From assembly GCA_031414955.1 (NCBI GenBank), contig JANOQV010000299.1, positions 1 to 15,218 on the forward strand: DNA of 15,218 nt, read 5' to 3'. Position numbers and translations under genes: made by a program. The DNA is from Pedosphaera sp. (lineage in GTDB: Bacteria; Verrucomicrobiota; Verrucomicrobiia; Limisphaerales; SIBH01). The notes beneath the pieces were generated by a model. That model was not told where the DNA came from. It ran no database searches and saw only the letters and a program-made list of their open reading frames with translations. Positions 9,348 to 15,218 of the stretch are shown in pieces (the first letter of the stretch is position 1; each line of letters begins with the position of its first letter).

Positions 9348-9470
9348 TCAGCGGACCGCTTTGCCGTTCAGCGCCCGGTAGCGGCTCGGAGGCACGCCGG
9401 TCCTTTTCTTGAAGACCACGCTCAGATACTCGACGTGCTTGAAGCCGGTGCGCTCGGCCACCACGGTCAA
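9348..9470 (-). pseudogene. 3' remnant of an AraC/XylR-type regulator (second HTH only)
   Basis: LTVVAERTGFKHVEYLSVVFKKRTGVPPSRYR matches the AraC C-terminal signature (IA...GF....YF...FKK..G..P..YR). The upstream in-frame sequence has no first HTH or sensor domain. Confidence 0.7.
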
Positions 9471-9643
9471 CAACCGAGCGATCGCGATGAGCCGGGCGAG
9501 GTTTTTCACGCAATGAGTGCGGGGATGATTAACCGAAGGAGATGCTGGGCGACAGTCGAACTTTGGGGGCGGGGCGAATGAAAGGGGCGATCCCGGACAC
9601 CCCGCTCCCGCCTTTCGGGCGTTCCGCGCGCGTGCCCGGCTTA

Positions 9644-9818
9644 GAGCCGGTCTGAAAATCCAGAATCCGATGGCACCAGACCCGGACGGAGTGCGCCCGT
9701 CCCGGGCGCAGCGACGCACGAACTGCGGCCGGCGGGGATTTTTGCAGCGCCTGCCACCTTCTCAAGCTTCTGCGCCCGAGACGGGCGCACTCCGTCCGCC
9801 TGATTTTCAGACCGGCTC
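9644..9818. mobile_element. 175-bp non-autonomous MITE with perfect 17-bp TIRs and a TTA target-site duplication
   Basis: GAGCCGGTCTGAAAATC (9644-9660) and GATTTTCAGACCGGCTC (9802-9818) are exact reverse complements. TTA flanks both ends (9641-9643 and 9819-9821). No internal gene; second copy at 1-119. Confidence 0.85.
9683..9798. repeat. REP doublet (REPIN-like) inside the MITE
   Basis: 29-nt arms at 9683-9711 and 9770-9798 are inverted with one mismatch. Each arm is GGAG followed by the palindrome TGCGCCCG-NNN-CGGGCGCA. Confidence 0.75.
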
Positions 9819-10505
9819 TTACTGGCCCGGACGGTCCAGCCAACGGGTGACGGCTCCCACGCGGCTTTCCACGCCGAGTTTCGCAAATACCGAACTGAGG
9901 TAGTTGCGCGCCGTGCCCTCGGTCAGCCCCATTTCGGCGGCGATTTGTTTGTTACTCTTGCCCTCCGCGGCGAGTTGCAGCGCACGCTGCTCTTGCGGCG
10001 TGAGCACTTCGATCGGATGGAGCCTCGTCTGCGCCGACGGGGCCGGCCGTGGCCCCGAGCCGAGCGCGCGCCGGGTGACCAGCGGATCGAGGAGTGAATC
10101 GCCGGCCGCCGCCGCGAGCACGAGCGAAGGGATGTCCTGCCCGGCCACGTCCTTGAGCAGGTAGCCGTCGGCTCCCGCTTCGATGGCCGCCAGAATGGTC
10201 CGGTCATCGGCATACGAAGTGAGGAAAAGCACAGCGGGCGAAGGCGTGGCGTTCTTGATGCGGCGGCAGACTTCGATGCCGTCGAGATCCGGCAGGCGCA
10301 AATCCAGCAGGATCACATCCGGCTGGGTGGTCGCGACCAGCGCCAGCGCCTCCCGTCCGCTGCCCGTTTCGCCCGCCACCACAATTTTCGGCGTCGTCTC
10401 GAGCAGCGCGCGCAGGCCCACGCGCACCACGAGATGGTCATCCACCAGCAGGACGCGGACGGGTTTGGCCGCGGCCAGCGAGGGCGGGTGGGGTTTGCTC
10501 TTCAT
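9819..10505 (-). CDS. NarL/LuxR-family response regulator (REC + HTH_LuxR)
   Basis: VLLVDDH, phosphoacceptor ILLDLRLPD, FLTS, GADGYLLKD, and LTPQE..AEGKSNKQIA..TEGTARNYLSSVFAKLGV. ATGA overlap with the kinase stop. Confidence 0.95.
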   Translation of the reverse strand: MKSKPHPPSLAAAKPVRVLLVDDHLVVRVGLRALLETTPKIVVAGETGSGREALALVATTQPDVILLDLRLPDLDGIEVCRRIKNATPSPAVLFLTSYADDRTILAAIEAGADGYLLKDVAGQDIPSLVLAAAAGDSLLDPLVTRRALGSGPRPAPSAQTRLHPIEVLTPQEQRALQLAAEGKSNKQIAAEMGLTEGTARNYLSSVFAKLGVESRVGAVTRWLDRPGQ

Positions 10506-13192
10506 GTCGGAAATACCACCGTCACGCGCGTGCCGCCGCCGTGGATGGACTCAAACGCGCTGCGGCCGCCCAGTTCCTTCGCCCGGGCCGCGAGATTTTT
10601 TAGTCCCCGGCCGTGGCCGTTGGGCTTTCGAGCATCAAAGCCCCGGCCATCGTCCACCACTTCCAAGATCCACCACCGGGCCGGCCCTGGCTCTGGCTGC
10701 GGTTCGAGGCGGATGGAAATCCGCTGGGCGACGGCATGGCGCAGCGCGTTGGACACCGCCTCGCGCACCAGGTTCAGCAACTCCACCCCCACCCGCGGCT
10801 CCAGCGTGACGGCCCGGCCATCCACCCGCAGATGAATCTCCACCGCCGTCGATTTCCGCAGCCGCTCCACCAACGATTCAAGCGCGCCGGGCACCGTGCT
10901 CGACGTTCCGGCCTCCACGCCCGAGGACAGGATGAAGCGCCGCAGTTCGGCGATGGACTGGTTCAACATCTCCAGACTGTTTTGCAACTCGCCCGGCGCC
11001 CGGTCCGGCGCGGTGCCGAGTAACTGCTGCACCCGCTGCAAATTCAGGCCCAGCGCGTAGAGGTTCTGAATGCTCCCGTCATGCAGGTCGCGGGACATCG
11101 TCTCGCGCTCGCGCTGGGTGATCCGCAATTCCGTGTTCGCCGCGCTCAACGCGTCCAGCACCTGCTGTTGCCGCGCCCGCGCCCTTACTTGCACCAGCAG
11201 CAGGGCCGCCGCCAGCGCCGTCAAGGCGGCGCTGCCGCCCCCCGCGATCCAGGCCCAGCGTCGCAGCGACTGCGCCTCGAAGGCCCGCGTGCTCCACGCT
11301 TCGACGAAGAGGCGGTGATGGTAGAAGGGAATCTCCAGCCGCCCGCGCTGCCTCGCCTCGGGACGATCCGCGGTGGCGGGCAGAAATGTCCCCGTGTCCG
11401 CCACCAAGTCATGAATGTCTCCGCTCAGGCCACCCTCGAAGATGCGGCAGCCGATCAACGGCGTGGCCTCACCGTAGCGGCTGCGCAGAGGTTCGCGCAG
11501 ATCGACGCTGGCAAAGAGCACTCCGCGCCAGGCGGACGAATCGAGCGGCACCACCCGGTCGGCTTCGTCCTGCTTCGTGCGCAACGTCCACGGCACATAG
11601 AGGCGCAAGCCCTCGACCGGCGCGCCGTACCATCCGGCGGGGGCGATGGTTTCCAAGGCCGAGGAAGTAATCTCATTGCGCGCCGCCGCCGCCTCGACCC
11701 GCCGGCTTTCGCTCCACTCGCGCGCTTCGTTTACCGGGCGGTGGAGCAGATCACGGCCGAGGATGGAATGATTCGTGAGCCATTGGCTGCGCTTCAATTC
11801 CCGCGCGCCATAGAGCACCACGGGCAGGCCGGGATTCTCCGCCAGTTCCAGCACGGGCTGCCGCGGGGCATCCGGCCCGGGCTGCACCCGGTAGTCGAAG
11901 CCGTGTCGCTGCGACCACCGGGCCTCGTGCGCCGCCCGATCGCCGGGCTGCATCTGCTCCGCGTAGCCCACGCCGATCACGCCGGGGTGATCATGCGGGA
12001 AATGATTCGAGGCCAGCCACGCCTCCCAGCGCTCCTGGCTCAGCTCCGGCTGCGCCGCCACCCAGTCCCGCGCCCGCATCAGGAACGCGGCGATGTTTTC
12101 CCAATACGCATCCGTCTCCCCGTGCAGCCGGGCCAGCATCTCCGCGAACCGCGCTTCCTCCGACTGCCGCGCGTGCCGGTGCAGCGCGACCGTGAGCACC
12201 AGTGTGAACAGCCCGCCGCAGACCAGCGCCCACCGCACCGGACGGCACGCCGGCCGCGCCAGCAACTGCGCCGCCTCCACCAGCCAGGCGCGCAATCTCG
12301 GCCGCAATTTCCATCCCAGCAGCAGGACGAAGCCTCCCAGCGCTCCCGGCCAGCCCCACCGCCAGATCCGCCGGGCGATCGCCGGGCGATCCACTTCGCG
12401 CGCCCAGGCGCCCCGACCGCGCGCCGCCAGTTCCGCCAGTTCCGCCGGTGGCACCGCGCGCCCGTAGAGCACCACTTCATCCTGCTCCACGCTCATCACG
12501 TTCGCGCGCGAGGTGAGGATTTCTTCGCCCCGCACATCGCCCCGCAGCCGCAGCGTGGCCAGGTGCAGCGCCGGGCCGTGTTCGCCCGACCACGTCTTTT
12601 CCGCCACCGGCACTCCGTTCACCAGCAGGCGCAAGAGCGAGCCGTCCGTGGAAAAAGCCAGGTGCATCCAGCGCCCCATCGGTCGCGCCTCCGCCGCCTG
12701 CAATTCCAAATTCACCCGCGTGTCCGTTGTGTCGCCCGCCGTCGAGGTGAGTAATTCCGCCGTCGGTCTGCCGCCGGTGAAACCCAGCAGGAAGCTGCTC
12801 CCCGGGGCCGTCCCCGATCGCACCGCGAGCAGGTTCGTCGGCCAGGCCCCGCTCGCGCTCTTCACCCGCACCCAGCCCGCCCACGTCCAGGGAATCCTCT
12901 TCTCCTGCCAGTGCCCCAGGCTGATGGCTCCCAGTCCCGTGATGCGGAAGGCCGCCTTGCCCGCCACCGTCGCGACTTCAGTGCCCGGGGTGAGATATGG
13001 CTTCACACTCCGGATGGAGCCCGCGCCCGTGCGGTCGCCCGTCCACCACCCGACCCAACCTTGCGACCACGAGGCCGGCTCGCGCCCCAGCCACAGACAC
13101 GCCCCCAGCCACACCAGCGTCAGCACCAGCCACCCGCGCCACGCCCACCACCAGCGCTCGCCGAAGTCTTGGTGTTTATTGGATGCGGGCAT
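10502..13192 (-). CDS. Membrane sensor histidine kinase: LamG/ConA-like domain + CHASE + HisKA_3 + HATPase_c
   Basis: LamG-like WTWAGWVR, GRWMHLAFSTDGSLLRLLVNG, DEVVLYGRAV...EL. CHASE-like RF...E.W..W......HPGVIGVGY, LGRDL. H-box SRDLHDGSIQ, N-box EAVSNALRHA, DDGRGF, GRGL, GGGT. Four hydrophobic segments. Confidence 0.9.
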   Translation of the reverse strand: MPASNKHQDFGERWWWAWRGWLVLTLVWLGACLWLGREPASWSQGWVGWWTGDRTGAGSIRSVKPYLTPGTEVATVAGKAAFRITGLGAISLGHWQEKRIPWTWAGWVRVKSASGAWPTNLLAVRSGTAPGSSFLLGFTGGRPTAELLTSTAGDTTDTRVNLELQAAEARPMGRWMHLAFSTDGSLLRLLVNGVPVAEKTWSGEHGPALHLATLRLRGDVRGEEILTSRANVMSVEQDEVVLYGRAVPPAELAELAARGRGAWAREVDRPAIARRIWRWGWPGALGGFVLLLGWKLRPRLRAWLVEAAQLLARPACRPVRWALVCGGLFTLVLTVALHRHARQSEEARFAEMLARLHGETDAYWENIAAFLMRARDWVAAQPELSQERWEAWLASNHFPHDHPGVIGVGYAEQMQPGDRAAHEARWSQRHGFDYRVQPGPDAPRQPVLELAENPGLPVVLYGARELKRSQWLTNHSILGRDLLHRPVNEAREWSESRRVEAAAARNEITSSALETIAPAGWYGAPVEGLRLYVPWTLRTKQDEADRVVPLDSSAWRGVLFASVDLREPLRSRYGEATPLIGCRIFEGGLSGDIHDLVADTGTFLPATADRPEARQRGRLEIPFYHHRLFVEAWSTRAFEAQSLRRWAWIAGGGSAALTALAAALLLVQVRARARQQQVLDALSAANTELRITQRERETMSRDLHDGSIQNLYALGLNLQRVQQLLGTAPDRAPGELQNSLEMLNQSIAELRRFILSSGVEAGTSSTVPGALESLVERLRKSTAVEIHLRVDGRAVTLEPRVGVELLNLVREAVSNALRHAVAQRISIRLEPQPEPGPARWWILEVVDDGRGFDARKPNGHGRGLKNLAARAKELGGRSAFESIHGGGTRVTVVFPT

Positions 13193-13225
13193 GCGTCTGC
13201 TGGCGGTTCAAGCGCGGCTGGAGCC

Positions 13226-13256
13226 TTGCCATTTCGACATGCTGCGTGCATGGTCG
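13226..13256 (+). promoter_or_regulatory. Putative leaderless promoter and overlapping operator-like inverted repeat for the UPF0175/DUF3368 pair
   Basis: TTGCCA(13226)-N17-CATGGT(13249)-N6-ATG(13261). Imperfect inverted repeat CGACATGC(13235-13242)/GCATGGTCG(13248-13256) overlaps the -10. Confidence 0.4.
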
Positions 13257-13260
13257 CGGC

Positions 13261-13500
13261 ATGGAACTGACGCTGCCCGGCCTGCTTGGCGAACGCCTGT
13301 CACCGCAAGATGCGGCCCTGCATCTGGCCATCGGCCTGTTCGTGACCGAAGAAGCCACCTTGGGCCAAGCCGCCGAGATCGCGAGCCTGTCTCAAGCCGC
13401 GTTCCTGCGCGAACTCGGCCGCCGCCGCATCCCCATTCACTACGGCCGCGAGGAACTGGCCTCCGATCTTCAGGCGGTTGAAGATCTCGCGGCGCGGTGA
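13261..13500 (+). CDS. UPF0175 family small HTH protein (putative antitoxin), 79 aa
   Basis: LAIGLF....ATLGQAAEIASLSQAAFLRELGRRRIPIHYGREELASDL is typical of UPF0175. The true start is likely ATG 13261, inside the longer 12997 ORF that overlaps the kinase. Confidence 0.88.
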   Translation: MELTLPGLLGERLSPQDAALHLAIGLFVTEEATLGQAAEIASLSQAAFLRELGRRRIPIHYGREELASDLQAVEDLAAR

Positions 13501-13958
13501 TCATCGTGTCCGACACTTCACCCCTGACGGCCCTGCTCACTGTCGGCGAGGCCCGTCTCCTTCCTGAGCTGTTCACCGAAGTCGTCATCCCCGAGGCCGT
13601 GCGCGACGAATTGCTCCGCACGCATGCCTTGCTCCCGGTCTGGGCGCGCGTGGTCCCGGTCCAGGACGCCGCCGCGACCGCCCGCCTCACGCGCTTGGTG
13701 GACATCGGCGAGGCCGAGGCCATCGAACTGGCCAAGGAATTGCACGCCGACCGATTGCTGATCGATGAACGCCGGGGCCGCCGGGTGGCCGCGCAGGAAG
13801 GCGTCTCCGTCATCGGGCTGCTGGGCGTGGTCCTTCTTGCCCGGCGCAGCGGCCTCATACCCTCCGCGCGCGCCTTGCTCCTGCGTCTGGATTTGGAGGC
13901 CGGCATGTACCTTGCCCCGGATCTCCGCGACGAAGCTCTTGGAACCGTGGGCGAGTGA
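13497..13958 (+). CDS. DUF3368-containing PIN-domain protein (putative toxin/ribonuclease)
   Basis: IVSDTSPL..L, IPEAV.DEL, DIGEAEAI.LA, LLIDERRGR.VA..G...IGLLGV.L.A...GLI. Acidic PIN residues are present, and there is a GTGA overlap with the UPF0175 gene. Confidence 0.88.
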   Translation: MIIVSDTSPLTALLTVGEARLLPELFTEVVIPEAVRDELLRTHALLPVWARVVPVQDAAATARLTRLVDIGEAEAIELAKELHADRLLIDERRGRRVAAQEGVSVIGLLGVVLLARRSGLIPSARALLLRLDLEAGMYLAPDLRDEALGTVGE

Positions 13959-14172
13959 GACCGACCCCGCGGGGCCGGCGTCCGCGCTGTCTCCGATTTG
14001 TCTTGGTTGGTGTCCATTCGCAATGAAAAGAAACTGCTCCCGGCCAGCGTAACTTCCCGCCCCATTCCGTCACTAGTGCCATTTGTCACTATTCACAAAC
14101 CCACTCCGCTTCGGATACACACTGTTGGATTGAACCTGTTCGAGAACGCCAAACGCCGCCGCGTCCTGCCTC

Positions 14173-14246
14173 GGAGCACCGGACAGTCATGTCCGGTGAA
14201 CGTCTTGCCGGGGAAAGCCGCTGCGGACTCGGTGGTCCGCTGCTCC
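14173..14246. repeat. Heterologous REP doublet
   Basis: GGAG-CACCGGAC-AGTCAT-GTCCGGTG (14173-14198) faces the inverted GCGGAC-TCGGTG-GTCCGC-TGCTCC (14223-14246). Confidence 0.55.
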
Positions 14247-14295
14247 TCCGCTTGCGGCCCCATGACTGGCACTGGGGAAGCGATGAATACCTCGA

Positions 14296-14524
14296 CACCG
14301 CCGAGACGGGAAGAGCGCAGAGATTTGATTCTGAAGGCGTTTCTCTGCGGCCTTCCCGTCTCTGCGGTGCTTAATCAGTGTTTCCCCGGAGAGGGCAGGC
14401 GAATGGAGGCAACCGAATTCCCGCTTCTGATTCGTTTGACCCCATTCGTTTGCCAAAACAGTTCCCCTGCTGGCCTGGAAGTTCCCCGCCCGCCCCTCTC
14501 TGCGTCCTTCCCGACTCTGCGGTG
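14296..14524. repeat. CACCGCAGAGACGGGAAG-type inverted repeat, a third arm, and an intervening second inverted repeat
   Basis: 28-nt arms at 14296-14323 and 14342-14369 (3 mismatches). A direct copy of the right arm lies at 14497-14524 (2 mismatches). A separate 25-nt inverted repeat lies at 14394-14418/14430-14454 (GGCA..CGAATGG / ATTCGTTTG..CCATTCGTTTGCC). Confidence 0.7.
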
Positions 14525-14560
14525 CCATCGGGTCTGCTCGTGGCGGCTGTTGAATTCAAA

Positions 14561-14851
14561 ATGACCCCCTCCATTTGCCAGTGCTGCGGTTTGAGAATGC
14601 GGATCACCAGTGCGCCCAACCCGAATGTCTGCCGCGATTGCGACAACCTGCTCCTCGATGATTCCCCGGCACGCATCGTCCTGGAAACCAAACTGCTCCA
14701 GCCGAAATTGGATTGTGCCGGGCTGGGCGGCGCTGTCTCGGGGTCAGGCCGGGGTGAAGAACCGGTTCATACTTTCCGACCGCTTCCGGCCCTGATGCCG
14801 GCCCTCTCTCTGTGCCCGTCAATCCAACTTCAAGACACTCCATGCTCATGA
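14561..14851 (+). CDS. Possible small zinc-ribbon-like protein (96 aa)
   Basis: MTPSICQCCG-x12-VCRDC gives a CxxC..CxxC arrangement right after an ATG with an A-rich upstream stretch. The C-terminal half looks unstructured. Confidence 0.4.
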   Translation: MTPSICQCCGLRMRITSAPNPNVCRDCDNLLLDDSPARIVLETKLLQPKLDCAGLGGAVSGSGRGEEPVHTFRPLPALMPALSLCPSIQLQDTPCS

Positions 14852-15218
14852 AAACCAACATCCTCTTCCCGCATAGCCGCCCCGGCTTGCGCTGCGTGCC
14901 CCGCAACACCCGGAGCGCGGACTTTCCAGTCCGCAGCAACATGCTGACGACGAGCGGTCTCGAATCCGACTGGCGCTTGCTTCCGGGCGAAGCCTGCTGC
15001 GGACTGGAAAGTCCGCGCTCCGGTTCCTGGTCCGGCGGCGCTTCGCCCCTCTCTGTTTCCTCTGCGCCCTCCTGTTCAATCCCCCATCACTCCAACGGCC
15101 AGGCCACGAACCGGGGCGGAGCGCCGAGCAATTCTCGGCCCCAAGACGGGGTTAAACCCGAGCCGAGCGATTCTCGGCGCGCCGACGAGGGGGGAGAAAA
15201 GAGCGACACCCACCCGCG
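14848..15218 (+). CDS. Possible 5' end of a gene running off the window (MKTNILFP...), with repeats read in frame
   Basis: Manual translation from ATG 14848 (or 14842) finds no stop to the window end, so it is absent from the ORF track. ATGA overlap with the preceding ORF and an A/C-rich upstream stretch. No recognisable domain. Confidence 0.3.
   Translation, partial: MKTNILFPHSRPGLRCVPRNTRSADFPVRSNMLTTSGLESDWRLLPGEACCGLESPRSGSWSGGASPLSVSSAPSCSIPHHSNGQATNRGGAPSNSRPQDGVKPEPSDSRRADEGGEKSDTHP
14910..15023. repeat. REP doublet (REPIN-like) with perfect 29-bp arms
   Basis: CCGGAGCGCGGACTTTCCAGTCCGCAGCA (14910-14938) and its exact reverse complement (14995-15023), with a 56-nt spacer. Each arm is GGAG plus the hairpin GCGGAC-N6-GTCCGC. 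Confidence 0.8.
15118..15183. repeat. Degenerate REP doublet
   Basis: GGAGC-GCCGAG-CAATT-CTCGGC (15118-15139) and the inverted GCCGAG-CGATT-CTCGGC-GCGCC (15162-15183). Confidence 0.5.

Noticed and set aside
9348..9719. Full 123-aa ORF as a real AraC protein
   Set aside because: Its N-terminal part is translated MITE and intergenic sequence; only the last ~40 codons are AraC-like.
12997..13260. N-terminal extension of the UPF0175 ORF
   Set aside because: It overlaps the kinase on the opposite strand. Family similarity and the promoter-like motif point to ATG 13261.
13998..14564. 188-aa ORF and other ORFs across the repeat cluster
   Set aside because: They are largely translated palindromic repeats with atypical codon use and no domain signal.
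14173..15183. CRISPR array or integron attC array
   Set aside because: The repeats are inverted pairs of different sequence, not regularly spaced direct repeats with unique spacers. There are no consistent RYYYAAC/GTTRRRY ends, and no cas or integrase gene.

Overview
GC-rich bacterial DNA, most likely from a Verrucomicrobiota (Pedosphaerales/Limisphaerales-like) genome. This is inferred from the PVC-type heme protein, the CotH variant, Thr-Asn-rich exported proteins and the repeat types. Left to right: part of a small repeat element; a stand-alone TrpG/PabA glutamine amidotransferase (-); five co-oriented exported-protein genes (NAGPA-like phosphodiester glycosidase, CotH kinase with a C-terminal CBM-like domain, PVC-type CxxCH dehydrogenase-like protein, purple acid phosphatase with unusual extra segments, DUF2959 lipoprotein); an AraC/XylR 3' remnant; a complete 175-bp MITE; a NarL-type two-component pair whose kinase combines LamG and CHASE sensors (-); a UPF0175/DUF3368 (PIN) toxin-antitoxin-like pair; and a ~1.25-kb terminal region crowded with inverted repeats and two possible small ORFs. 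The most striking feature is the MITE: perfect 17-bp TIRs, a TTA duplication that coincides with the response regulator stop codon, an internal REP-doublet (REPIN-like) hairpin, and a second inverted copy at the window start. Both window ends look like low-quality contig ends. All family calls come from motif recognition, not database searches.
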